DNA of 63,818 nt, the filler included, from Octopus bimaculoides (lineage: Eukaryota), in assembly GCF_001194135.2 (NCBI RefSeq). It is 3 parts of 3 records of this genome, joined end to end, with 100 filler letters (N's around TTAATTAATTAA, not from the genome) between each part and the next. Parts side by side here need not be neighbours in the genome. Positions count along the whole stretch, not along the records: positions 1 to 15,443 come from NC_068981.1; positions 15,544 to 47,313 come from NC_068990.1; 1 more part is not named here. One strand, 5' to 3'. How positions within the stretch are numbered: the first letter of the stretch is position 1; the number at the start of each line of letters is the position of its first letter. A program made the position numbers and the translations under genes. The notes beneath the pieces are model-generated. The model had not been told where the DNA came from. It made no database searches and worked only from the letters and a program-made list of their open reading frames with translations. This document shows positions 13,329 to 26,684 of this stretch, piece after piece.

Positions 13329-14729
13329 TTCAGTTTAATGAATGCGAAAGTAAGTAAAAACAAAAACCATAATCATATACCTTCCAACCATCTGCGTTTT
13401 GCTTTCAAATTCTTACGGAATTATTTTTGCTTCTTAACCCCATCCTACGACCATTTGCAAATAATATTACAAAGGTCGATTCAGTGGTCTACATCATACT
13501 CCCTGTTGATGTAATGTAGTTGGACCAATGTAATAAATCAATTTTATGCTTCTTTTTTTTTTTTCTCTAAATTTATACTCTCCGAAGTCCTCTTTGAACG
13601 TTATACATCTCTGATGTCTCGTGGGTAGACACTGTCTCCACATATTCTGTAAAAATACTATCCGTAATGTTTTTTTTTTGTTTTCTGTCCTTACACGGTT
13701 TTCATTATATGTTTTATCCACTTCGAAGTCTCTCATCAAAAACTAATTATTTCACATTTGTTGAAATTTTAAAATTATTATGACGTAAATACAAATTCTG
13801 TTTACTTCTAGTTTGCTACCGATACCTTACGTAATGACTATGAGAGTCGCTTAGATTTTCATGTTTATTTGACTGAGAACTTTTCGTTGTTTTCTTCTAT
13901 ATCTATAACAATGTGTTACTGAGAACCTATTTATAAGTATGCATGATCTATATAAGTCACTGAAACAGATAGTTCGTTAAAAGTAATTTCTACGAAACGT
14001 GCGAAATGCAAACTACCATTGTTAAAAAAGAAAACAGAGAGAAGATTGCGAAGCTATAGTTGATAACAACACTGCAATCTGCACTAATAGAAACACAGAA
14101 ATGGATCGGTATTGATAGCGTGAGCAGATGATTATGATTGTAGAGACTACCATAAATGACTAATTGCAAATGGAACGAAGAAAAATTCCTTTCATGTGAA
14201 AAACCATTTTGAGAAATTACGAGGAATTTTTCCACTACTTATTAGCTGATTACCTTTTAGAGGTAAAGCGTCGGTTGATGGTTACTATGCATTCACTTTC
14301 CTCATTCACACGTCCTTTTTCACGATACTGAAAATGAAAAGAAAATTATAGGTAGGATGAGGAAAATGTTTAATGACACGTGATCAATTCAAGGCGATGA
14401 AAAGACAAATTCACATAAAGATAGCATTCACATCACATATCACCTATATATCATTCTACAATGCATCGGTTTTCTTTTTCTGTGATTCTCAAATTGTAAT
14501 CGATATATTGGGAATAAAAGCTGAAATAGCATTTGGAAAATAAAATGCATCTATATGTAGTTCATTCCTGCTTTAAAGCAATATGGAATTTAGCATGCAA
14601 CCGAAATAATAAAACCTTAGAAGAGAAAACATCGATAGTAAAATACATCTAATATCGCATTCAATAATATATGCCTTTAATTAGACATTATCACAAGAAC
14701 GATAAAGTTTAATAACCCCAAAGTTTGAA

Positions 14730-14856
14730 TAGCATACACATACATACGTACGTACCTACATACATGCATATATATATATGCATGCATGCATGTATGCATG
14801 TATGCCTTCATGCATAACTAGATAATGCATACGCACATTCATACAAACATACATGC

Positions 14857-14895
<39 letters not shown>

Positions 14896-14990
14896 CATAT
14901 GTGCATACATACATACTCACACATATGCATGTATATTTACATATGCATGCATATTTACATACATACATACTCACACATATGCATGCATAA
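14730..14990. repeat. Alternating purine-pyrimidine low-complexity tract (TA/CA/TG/ATGC)
   Basis: Direct inspection. Confidence 0.85.
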
Positions 14991-15405
14991 CCCATAGAAT
15001 AAGTAGGGACAAAAGCTTCGAAGATAAACGCTTCTCAGGATAACAATGCCCAACTGCTTCAAAACTTTCAGTTTCTATATGCAGATGATATATTCACATT
15101 TATACTAATAATAGTAAGCAGATATGATTTTGTGAGAAATTGCCTAACTGACGGTCTATATGAGCTTGAAATTTCAGAAAAAGAAATCGACTAACTGTGA
15201 CGCACATTTAAGATACAATCTGTAAGTGAAAGATTAAAAATATGCGAGACTTTTCTCATTATTCGAATGCGACATTGTTGATGTTATTTACATTCCAACG
15301 ATGAAGCTTTGTAACTTCGTTAGAAAACACCTACTTACTCAGATGAAAAACTAATTATAAATAATAAAAAATAACTAAAACCAGCAGAGAACATATGTAC
15401 ATATG

Positions 15406-15443
<38 letters not shown>

Positions 15444-15543
15444 NNNNNNNNNNNNNNNNNNNNNNNNNNNNNNNNNNNNNNNNNNNNTTAATTAATTAAN
15501 NNNNNNNNNNNNNNNNNNNNNNNNNNNNNNNNNNNNNNNNNNN
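15444..15543. other. Artificial assembly spacer: 44 N + TTAATTAATTAA + 44 N (100 bp)
   Basis: Identical construct at 47314-47413; the 12-mer puts stop codons in all six frames. Confidence 0.9.
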
Positions 15544-16069
15544 ATTATCTATATTATTATTTAATTGAACGCCACGCATCCATTTCCAAGTAGGGATACA
15601 CACACACACATACATATGTATATGAATATATCCACACACGCTCCCCGCATTTTTACACTAAGCCTGCAATGTGAACAGGCGTCGAAATTTTTGTTCACTC
15701 CTTTTCTAATTTCGTTTAATTTTCTTCCTTTTTCTTTTATAAAAAGCATTGCTCGAAATATTAGCTCCTCTTCTATTCGTTTCAGTTCAAGTATTTATTT
15801 TCATTGTACACATTCTTTGATCGTTATTGATTCGTTTTATGTTTCTACACTTCATCCACCACACATTTTACGTCTCCAACATCATATATTATTTTATTGT
15901 CTGCTCCTTACCTCATCAAATTCATCGTTTCACTTATGAAATTTCTAATATATCTCTGTGTATATATAAATATATATGCAGAAATACATGCATGTATACA
16001 CATATGTATATAAGTATGCATGTATATACATTTGTATGTTTATACGTATATTAAACGCACAGAACACAT

Positions 16070-16325
16070 TCATACATACCACACACACACATACACACAC
16101 ATATGTATATATTTGCTTATGTATATAAATATAGGTATGTGGCGTACATATTAATAGACAAAAAAATCAAACTACATCAGTGTTTCCTTTCATTTATATG
16201 AACCCAGGGGTAAAAATAACAGACAAATACACATACAATGTCAGCAGGCGCACGATCTCTCAGACTGTCTTTCTCACTTTACACACACATACACACACGC
16301 ACACACACTCAAAATCATACATATC

Positions 16326-16395
<70 letters not shown>

Positions 16396-16880
16396 TGTAT
16401 ATATATATAATATACAGAGAGAGGGAGAGAGAGAGAGAGAGAGAGAGAGAAGTAAATGATTGAAAGCAAATAATACACATGCACACCACGCTTACACAAA
16501 ACAGATGCACTTAAAAATAGCAATTATATATATATAAATGCATATATACATGTGTATATGTGTGTGTATGTATATATGTGTGTTCATGTATATAATCATC
16601 ATACATATGTATATATACAAGTATCTATATGTATGCGTGTGTGTATATGTATATTTATACACACACACACACACATACACACACGAATCGATGTGTACTC
16701 ACAAACACTAAAAACCTGTGTACTCAAACATACACACATTATGTACACACACACACATATAAACATACCCATACATATACACACACATATATATACACAA
16801 ATATATATATACACCCACATGAATATATATGTATATATATATACACGCACATACACTCACAAGCCCACACCCACACAAAC
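16070..16880. repeat. Compound (CA)/(TA)/(GA) microsatellite cluster
   Basis: Direct inspection. Confidence 0.9.
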
Positions 16881-17831
16881 ATAATTACGCGTGCCTGACT
16901 CTACAAGCTGTTTTGAAGGAACCATAAAAACGTAACGGTCTGCTGTACGGTTCTCTACACAAATTGGCAACCAACCACATCCCTTCGTCCCCCACTCTCT
17001 CTCCTTCTCTTTTACACCAAATCAATACATGGACTGATTAAAGTCACCGACATAGCGAGAGATCAATGGTAAATGGGCAGCAAGCCAACGGTCATTCCTA
17101 TAGACTTTCACTTATATATACCTCACCTGACTAGTAATATATTGATTGTTACCCCCCTTGATTATCGCTCTCCAGTCATGAAGGTTGGTACTGTTTGCGA
17201 GGAATGGAGATAAATAGGAGAATGAATTGAGGAAGTGTGTATACTTATTTATGTGTGTTAGTGTGTGTTTTATATTGTAATTTGTGCGGTATATTGTGGG
17301 CATGCATGTGTACGTTTGTGACTGCGTTTGTATGAACGTGTGCTCCTGTGTGTGACGGCAGTATGTTTGATTCTTTTCTCTGTGTGTGATGTCGTGTGAT
17401 TGCGAAAGGATAAAAACACTTACGTTTATGTGTGTCTCTGTGCTTCCATTTTTGTGTATGAGTGTGCCTGTATGTCTAGATGTAAGTATTATTTCTGTAC
17501 GTGAGTCAATTGTGTATGATTACGTATGTAGATATAAGATGAGTGACAACGTTACTACTCAGCGTGTTTATGTATATGTGTATGTGTATAAATGTGCTTA
17601 GCTACACTCCATCAGATGTCTGTGTGCGTTTGGGGGTTTGTAAATGTGTCTGCATGTGTGAATAAATGTGTGTGATAATTTGCGTGTATGTGTGTATGTG
17701 TGTGTGTGTGAATGAGTGTCTATGCGTGCATGTGTAATAAAGGACCATTGAAACAAGGCCATTATGAGCTAAACGTTGCTGATTTTATGTACACTAGATG
17801 TGTCACTAATTGTAATGAACTGAAAGAATGA

Positions 17832-17873
<42 letters not shown>

Positions 17874-18569
17874 NNNNNNNNNNNNNNNNNNNNNNNNNNN
17901 NNNNNNNNNNNNNNNNNNNNNNNNNNNNNNNNNNNNNNNNNNNNNNNNNNNNNNNNNNNNNNNNNNNNNNNNNNNNNNNNNNNNNNNNNNNNNNNNNNNN
18001 NNNNNNNNNNNNNNNNNNNNNNNNNNNNNNNNNNNNNNNNNNNNNNNNNNNNNNNNNNNNNNNNNNNNNNNNNNNNNNNNNNNNNNNNNNNNNNNNNNNN
18101 NNNNNNNNNNNNNNNNNNNNNNNNNNNNNNNNNNNNNNATATATATATACATACATGTACATATATGCATGTGTGTATATATGTATACATACGTATTTTC
18201 ATCTGTGTGCAGTTAAACGAACTAAGAACAAAGCCCCCTGTGTAATCGCACGAAGTGCTAGAAATATTCAACAAAGCTCCCTAAAAACAGCCTTGAAAAT
18301 AAAGATACATGGATAATGGAATACTAAAGGAAATACGAGATGGTCATATTTGGATTTATGTGATCATCATTTGGTCAATCAGTTGCTTACTTAGCAAATT
18401 AAAACTCGATGATGGGGACTCCACTTAGGCATTGAAAGCATATCTTACCGAAAAAATACAAAGGGGTTAAACATTTAATAATATCGCTATAGATGCGTGA
18501 AAGATAAAGCTAGAACCCCCTTGATCATAAATCTGCTCAGATTATATTTAGTACCAGTAATCCAATATT

Positions 18570-18712
18570 GTGGATTAGTGGTTAGGGTGTTGGACTAACG
18601 ATCGTAAGATTGTGGTTTCGTTTCCTGGACCAGGCGATGCGTTGTGTTCTTGAACAAAACGCTTCACGTTGCTCCAGTCCACTCAGCTGTAGAAATGAGT
18701 TTCGCCTGGAGA
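18570..18712 (+). mobile_element. SINE family C (tRNA head plus CORE-like segment), 5' part
   Basis: tagtggttagggtg (A-box-like), ggtttcgtttcc (B-box-like), cacgttgctccagtccactcagctgtagaaatgagt. Confidence 0.75.
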
Positions 18713-18929
18713 AGGATGAGTTCTGCCAGACTTTCTGATCCTAGATACACTGCATGGTTGCAGCGCCCCAACTACTCCCCAAGGATTAAGTGATTTATCA
18801 ATTGTCAATTGTCGATCCGATATTAGAAATCTAATTTCTACTGCTGCATTGTGGGTTATAAACTTATGCAAAAAGAATAGTACTGGCACTACGTCGCTTA
18901 AAAAGACAAGGGTTCTAGATGACCTGATC

Positions 18930-19195
18930 AACAGAGCAACCCGTTTGTGAAATTGACGTGCAAGCGGCTGAGCACTCCACTGACACGCGTACACTTAACA
19001 TAGTTCTCAAGGGGATCCAGCATCTCACGGAATGTGATGGCTCTTTGAAATACAGGTACGACTCATTTTTACGAGCTGACTGAATTGGAGCAACGTGGGA
19101 TACAGTGTCTTACTTAAATACACTATGCGCTGCCAGGAATCGAACTCACGACCTTACGATTATGATCCGATCACCCATAACCACTAAACCACCAA
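18930..19195 (-). mobile_element. SINE family C with tail X
   Basis: Reverse complement gives tagtggttatgggtg...gagttcgattcc...cacgttgctccaattcagtcagctcgtaaaaatgag; tail shared with the 41297 copy (gtggagtgctcagcc.cttgcacgt). Confidence 0.8.
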
Positions 19196-19242
19196 AGAGA
19201 ATATCAAGTATATCATTAGGCACAATTTAAGTCTAATCAGTA

Positions 19243-19386
19243 CAGCCTTAAGGCATGGGCACGCCGGGCAGTCAAGGGGGGACCAACTCTGATATATGTG
19301 TATTTTAGCTTGCTCTAAATAAGTAAACACTACAAGGCCCAAAGCATTGATTTGCCCAAACGCCTAAAATGCTGCCGAGCCGGCTG
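19243..19386. mobile_element. Possible small non-autonomous hAT-like DNA element
   Basis: Ends cagccttaag... / ...gagccggctg; internal gggca/tgccc inverted motifs; TSD not verified. Confidence 0.3.
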
Positions 19387-19927
19387 TATACGTGATCCTG
19401 ATGCAAGGAAAACGAAATTGCTTCAATCGGGATTTAGAAGAACCTCGCTATGTTAGCTTACAGGGTAGTTTATGCATACGTGTTTGTGTTATTTGTTTGT
19501 TTAACTCTTTGCCATATCCACATCACATTTATAATAATTCTGTTATTTCGGTTTATGCTTCATTCAACAACTTAGAATTCGGCAATTTGGTGATCTGGAA
19601 TATGGCCTTATTGCGTTATATCATGTTGATATAGACTTCAAGACTATAAAGGTATGATAACGAAAGCCGTATAAGTGATGGTTTCTTATGTTTGAGATGA
19701 GATTTATGGAGATAAAGGTGCAGGACATTTTCTCGAAGATATTGATGTGGAAAAAGAAAAAAAAATATCAGAAACATTCTAGCTGGAAACTATTCTGAGT
19801 GCGTATAGAAAAAAAAAAAAGAAAATATATTTATTGAGGTATGACCTGTGTGTGTATGTGATGTGTGTGTGAATAAATATACACATATTCATCATAAGTC
19901 AATATACATATATATATATCTGTATAT

Positions 19928-19974
<47 letters not shown>

Positions 19975-20714
19975 CACACACACACCCAAGCGCATTAGTT
20001 TTATTTTGGAAAAATATATATTCTATATATTTTTCTATACATTCTATACAATTATATGTCATTTATTGGGAAATGTGGCATATTTTTAGAAAAGTCTTCA
20101 TCTCTCACAAAAACCTGGTTTACATGTACACACACACACACACGCACAATCATACAAACATACATATATATAAAGAACACAAGTGGCGTTCACAATTCAC
20201 AACAGACGTATATATATATATATATATGTACATATGAATGTAGTATGCACATACCACTCGCACACGCATATTTATACATCCTTATACACACACACACATG
20301 CACACACTAATGCAAATATATTTATCTACACACACACGCACACATACATACACACACAAATAACTAAAGTGAGAAAGAAAAAGATTTGACCTTTGCGCTT
20401 TCGCTTTGATTTTATTCGACTTCAAGACTATATCGTAAATACCCGACTGCCGTATTTCACGTTCTTTTCTTTCCTCTTTTCTTTCCACTTTACAGTTGTT
20501 TGCATGGTGCAAATTTATTGCCGTGCATTTCCGAAGCTAAATTTTCGTAGAGAATTTACTAGAATTGTCTTCCTTCTGTTTCATCGGTTTCTAAATACAG
20601 TTATGTCTATAAAATGGCTTCTCTGGCGATAACCAATCAGATTTATTTCTTGCTATTCGCTGAAGCAAATGTGTTCTGCATACGTTTTCAGACATTCCTC
20701 TTCGCAGTTCGCTA

Positions 20715-20755
20715 ATGCATGTGTATATATATATATATATATATANNNNNNNNNN

Positions 20756-20797
<42 letters not shown>

Positions 20798-21657
20798 TCA
20801 TACATGTATGTATATATGTATGTATGTGTGTATGTATAGGCACATATATTTATATACATATACATGTATATCTATTCATTTATATATTATGTGTTTGAAT
20901 ATATCTATATATATATTTGTGTGCGTGTGTTTGTGCGTGTGTATAAATATATGTATGAATGTATGTATGTATGTATATATGTATAAAATACAACGGAATT
21001 TCTCTAAATCTTCCCTTATCATTCGCACCATTTTCTTTCTTTCTTCTTTTTCTTTCTTCCTTTCTTTCTTTCTTTCTCTCTTTTCTTTCTTTTTTTCTTC
21101 TATTCTCTTTTCTCTTAGTGGATTCACGCACGCACTCACAAGTACTATTGACATGAAGACATACTTACATGCTGCTCTTTTCTGCACACACATACATAAA
21201 CCCACACAGACTCATAAACCCACCCACACACACTCACACACACACGCGCGCGCACTCGTGCGCACACAGGACGATTCAAACGATTTCTCTCTCCACACAC
21301 GAGCTCACACCAGACACACAAACGTGCGTACCGAAACACACAAGTACCCACAGAAATGCTCAAAAGCGTGCACAAAAGCGCTCACACTTTTACTCACACA
21401 CACACACACAAACACAAACACACACACACACACACACACAAACACAAACACAAACACACACACACACGCACACACACAAACACAAGCACACATACACACA
21501 TACACACACAAACACACGCACATAAACATACACCCCAACACGTACACACACACCACATACACATACACACATACACTTAAATAGACTTAGAACTCTCTCT
21601 CTCTCGCCATTTCTCTTCTTTTCTCTCTCTCTCTCTCTCCATTTCCCTTCTTTTCTT

Positions 21658-21689
<32 letters not shown>

Positions 21690-21690
21690 A
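20715..21690. repeat. Compound microsatellite cluster (TA)n/(CTTT)n/(CA)n/(CT)n
   Basis: Direct inspection; explains the 289-aa spurious ORF. Confidence 0.9.
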
Positions 21691-23552
21691 CTTCTCCTTT
21701 CGTCTGTGGTTTTCAACAGCACTCTTTCCTTCAGAAACTCCATGTTTCATGCTCGTGCAATGAAACAGTGCACCAAATATCCTCGACGTTCCATCATTTC
21801 ATTCGGAATGGACAACTGCCTTTATTGCCTCGGTAGTTAAATCAACTTTTATATTATGAAATAATGTCTTTTACATTCCAACCAATATCTCTTTCTTCCA
21901 GCTTTTTGTATCCAAATCGTTCCTTCCACGTCAACTTTCCGATCTATCTCTACACTACAAACATAAGACCATGACCCCCACCACACAACACCAACAACCG
22001 GACTCTAAGCAATGTTTCACAAGTACGATGTATATTTTGTTTTATGTCTAAATTTTGTATTTCAATCCTCTTTTTCCCTGTCAGAAAACAATCTCCACTG
22101 TTTTATTTGATTTTTTTTTTCATTCATAAACTGGCAAAATTTGAAGCGTACACGGGCCATTTTCAGCTCATTTCTATTATACTTACACACCAACAATATC
22201 TCCATACTTTGCTTTGTGTAATACTGTAAGATCCTCGGTAAGTGATCGTATGCATAAAAATGTGCGCCCGTAGGTTAAATTAAATAGGTTGTTGTAGTTT
22301 TTCCCCAAGTTAAATCTAATCCAACAGAAATACAATGAAGTTAAGTCGTGACTATCTCAGTTTTGGTAACTGACATGGTATATCTAGGATTATGTATAAT
22401 AAATTGTCCTCTTTTAAAGTCTGTCCTTTGGGACAGTTTTAGCTGATTCTATCCACAGTTCAAATTGATATTCAAAGAGTTCCATGTTGGTTCTTTCATA
22501 GCCTTCTTTATTTGGAAATTCCGTGATTGTAGTTCTACAGTCATAAATCTACACTTTAGTTTACAAAAGCGTAAAGTAACATCGGAACATCTATGTGAAT
22601 CGAAGGTTAGTGTATAATATCTCAGGCATCGTAAAATCGTTATCTCTGACAGGATTTGACCGTGAAATCAAGACCTAACCAGCAACAAGACCTACACAGC
22701 AACAATTGACCCATGTCTCCAGGTAGAACTGTTTTCGCATTTCCCTTTCTGTAGCCTGTAACTCTGGATAGTTTACTCCTTCCTAAGCGACAAGGATCTT
22801 TTGAGCACAGATTAGTCAAACAAATAGTTGCCACACAGTTACTGATTTTGTTTTCACATACTGTGTCTTACGTAGATCAAAGTAACAAGCCATATTTTAT
22901 CTTTCCCCCAATGAACCTCGTGAAAAAGTATAAAACTTAATATATGTAAACTATAACAAATAACCCTCAACAATTACGCAATGATCCTATTTTCTACAAC
23001 AGGGAACTGTTCCTCCTCACGTAGCCTAATTACATCCAAGTAGATCGAGCCATTGAGTCTTTGTTAAATGTCTTAAGTATTGAAAGAACATAAAGTTTCT
23101 TTTGCCAGTGATCAGGTACGAACTACGGATCTCTGGATCAATAAAATGTAGCCATGATAAATCTATACAAGTGTTGCAGATACATATTAGAAATCCCGGT
23201 CCTTCAAACGTAACTCGATGTCGTTTCATTATTGGTTCCTTCCAATAATTCCACGTGTAATCATTAAATCATCTCTTTATCAATACTTGCATCTGAGAAC
23301 CTGAAAAGTTCTCTGAAATACTTCCATGTGCCTCTTGGTTATGACGACACTCATAACGTATATCGATCAGAAACCCTTTCATAATAGAAACTCGACATGC
23401 GTACATTAAATACACACACACACACATACATACATATATACATACATACATACATACATACATACATACATACATACATAAATGCATACATACAATAATA
23501 CACGCACATGTATAAAGATATATGGATGTATATGGAAGTATATGTATGTATG

Positions 23553-23599
<47 letters not shown>

Positions 23600-24301
23600 C
23601 ACATATATATGTATATATATATGTATATATATATGTGTACGGAGATACACTGATACGTATATATAATGTACAATGTATGAGTGAATATATAAATGCCCGT
23701 ATAGGCATATATATTAGTGTAATGCATAACCTTACAATAACCGAAACAATAACCAAACGCATGACCCCACACACACGCGCACAATCACGCGTGCGCGTAC
23801 ACCCACACCCACATACAACACGTACACACACATGTAGATAGTTATCAATAAATTGATTCATTATATTCGAGTAACTTTTTAAATTTCAGGTTTGCATGAT
23901 TGGCTGCGAAAAGCCTCTTTAATATGGAGGAATCCCTCAGAAGTTTCCGTAATCTCACGGGATTACATGAGATAAGATATTTTATTGAATAAGACGGTCA
24001 AAATCGGTGAAAAGAAGCCGATAGTCTAAGAATATTTTGGCAGAAAGAATCGTTATCTGAGTGTTAGATTCTTAACAAAAATGAAGAATGGTTCTGTAGA
24101 GTGAGAAAATTGTTCATAAGGATTAAATTGGTTAATTTGCTGATTGTGAATATCGTCTCCATTTAGGGTTAATTAATATTTCTCTGGACATTGGTTGGCT
24201 GGCCATTGTGCGTAGCCATGTCTTGCTGATAACAATTACTCTCTAAATTGTACACACGAAGCAATTCCTTTGGCTGTTAATTCCTACAAACCTTACTCTT
24301 C

Positions 24302-24770
24302 ATGATAATTATGATGATGACGATGATGATGATGATAATCTTCATCGCTGTCACCACCTGTGCCACAGCCGCTACGTCCATCATCATCATCATCATCAGC
24401 ATCGTCGTCGTCGTCGTCATCATCACCCCCATGAGCTCCATTTTCCCCCTCCTCCTCCCCNNNNNNNNNNNNNNNNNNNNNNNNNNNNNNNNNNNNNNNN
24501 NNNNNNNNNNNNNNNNNNNNNNNNNNNNNNNNNNNNNNNNNNNNNNNNNNNNNNNNNNNNNNNNNNNNNNNNNNNNNNNNNNNNNNNNNNNNNNNNNNNN
24601 NNNNNNNNNNNNNNNNNNNNNNNNNNNNNNNNNNNNNNNNNNNNNNNNNNNNNNNNNNNNNNNNNNNNNNNNNNNNNNNNNNNNNNNNNNNNNNNNNNNN
24701 NNNNNNNNNNNNNNNNNNNNNNNNNNNNNNNNNNNTCCTCCTCCCCTCCTCCCATCCTCCTCCCTCCCCT
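24302..24770. repeat. (ATG/CAT/GTC)n and (CCT)n trinucleotide low-complexity region around an N gap
   Basis: Direct inspection. Confidence 0.85.
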
Positions 24771-25521
24771 ATAAACTGAATATATACCCTGCTTCAGGTA
24801 CATGGAGTTCGTTCCATGACTGACAACTGTAAGTGCTGGCCTTCCTCTCCGTCCTTGGCTATAATTTAACCAAAGTAGACAAAGATGATGGTAATGAGAT
24901 AAAGACGACGGCAATCAATGGTAGAAGATGTAATCCAGTTTCTGATTTACGATGAAAGAGATGTGAATTGTTTCTAATAAATGAAGATTGTCACTTTATC
25001 TTGTTGATCATGCTTTATTGACCAGGGAATGGCCAGCTGTGGCCCCGTATGCTTTTCTCTCTCTCACACACACGAACGCACGTACACACCCATCGTGCGC
25101 GCACACTCGCGTCGTGCGCGCATACCCGCGTCGTGTGCGCACATCTACATACCTGCACACGCACATACACACACATATACGCACACACACACACCACACA
25201 CACACGCATACACATATGTACATTGTACGCATACACGCAACAAGACACAACAATACTACACTATTTTTTTTGCATATTTTCTAGTCACCTCCTTCCTCAA
25301 TTCTGCCTTAATATAACTCACTCGCTCACTCAATCACTCACTCACTCACTCACTCACTCGCCCATTCATTCACTCCCTCCCTCCCTCCCTCACTCTATCT
25401 ATCTATCTATCTCTCTCTCTCTCTATATATATATATAGAGAGAGAGAAAAGAGATCAGTCAATTATGGAAGATCAGAAACACACATACATGCATACACAC
25501 ACACGCGCAGACACACATATA

Positions 25522-25989
25522 GAGAGAGGGTGATTAAAAACCAACTCCCTATTTTAAAATACTTATAAATTATTAATTGTATTTTTTACAAGCAATAGAT
25601 ATGAGAGGAACGCTTTTAGTGTGAAGGTTTAATTTGTATTTAAAATTCGATATGCTCTCCAGATGTTGCCACCAGCTTCCTGAGTCGCCCAGGAATTGCG
25701 TCAACTGATTCCATCAAGAACTCTTGTGGGATGGATGCAAGAAGACATATCTTCTCGTATAGGCCCTTCAAGTTCTTCCAAAGTCTTTGGTTTTGTACAG
25801 TAAATTTGTTCCTTTAACCACCTCCAAAGAAAGAAGTCACCGGGTGTTAAGTCAGGACTCCGGGTTGCCATTCATGCGACCGCGACGACCCATCCCTCTG
25901 CCAGGGAAGTGGGCATTCAACTGGACCAGTGGACCAATGAACCGGGCGTTCAATCCCCAGTCGAGTAGAGACAGTGAGCTGTAATTCTT
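25522..25989 (-). mobile_element. 3' fragment of a Tc1/mariner-superfamily transposase, rosa/DD41D-like, with right end
   Basis: Minus strand, across a frameshift: LNAHFPGRGMGRRG..SPDLTPGDFFLWRWLKEQIYCTKPKTLEELE..IPQEFLMESVDAIPGRLRKLVATSGEHIEF*; terminal gggtgattaaaaa resembles tacagggtg-type TIRs. Confidence 0.8.
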
Positions 25990-26684
25990 GAAAAGAGATC
26001 AGTCAATTATGGAAGATCAGAAACATGATGCTGCCGGAAGTTGTCATTTCAACAAATGATCACAGATTCAATTCAGCTGTTCAATTATATTTGGTCCTTT
26101 TTTGTCTTTGGTTTGTTTACTATTAAAGTCTGTAATGGACAATTCCAGACTTCAGAAGCTTACTGCTATTCATCACCAGATATTTAACCTGAGGGAGCAT
26201 TTAAATAACACGCCATTCTAAAGAATAGACCAGTTTATAAAATTATATTATCAATGATGCTTCGAAGATACTTCACGCCAGACATAAAGAACAATAGTTA
26301 GTTATTTGGCATGAAATAGAGTAACAAACAGGAAACGGAAATACTCCTCCACCACTTCAGTGTATCTTATTCTAAATGCTGTAGTCATTATGAACGTCAG
26401 AAGGCATTGATGGATAATTTCATGGTACCAGGGAATTGTCAGAAACTGTTTAGAATTGTATTCTCTCCTCTTACAGCTGGTCTGTCTTAAGTGTATTTTC
26501 TATTTCAGTTGCAAAACATTTAATGGACTTAACATCATTCAACAAACATTTTCATCAATTAGTCTCGTCTACCAATTAGTCACGCCTAACAACAGATAAA
26601 ATAAAAACAAGAACAAAACGAAAACGGCAGTTCACATCTAAAGAAAACAAACTGAGAATGAGTCAACAGAAAAACCTTTGCGTG

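Noticed and set aside
15488-15499. Identical TTAATTAATTAA islands here and at 47358-47369
   Set aside because: Each is centred in exactly 44 N + 12 + 44 N and encodes six-frame stops: a scaffolding spacer, not biology. Contiguity across these joins is unproven.
20460-20632. Strong polypyrimidine tract plus cag acceptor followed by an open frame
   Set aside because: No donor site and no recognisable peptide; pyrimidine tracts are ubiquitous here.
22400-22870. Coding-like composition on the minus strand (PNKEGYERTNMELFEYQFELWIES..)
   Set aside because: Multiple stops and no recognisable family; may be an old transposon, but I cannot support a call.
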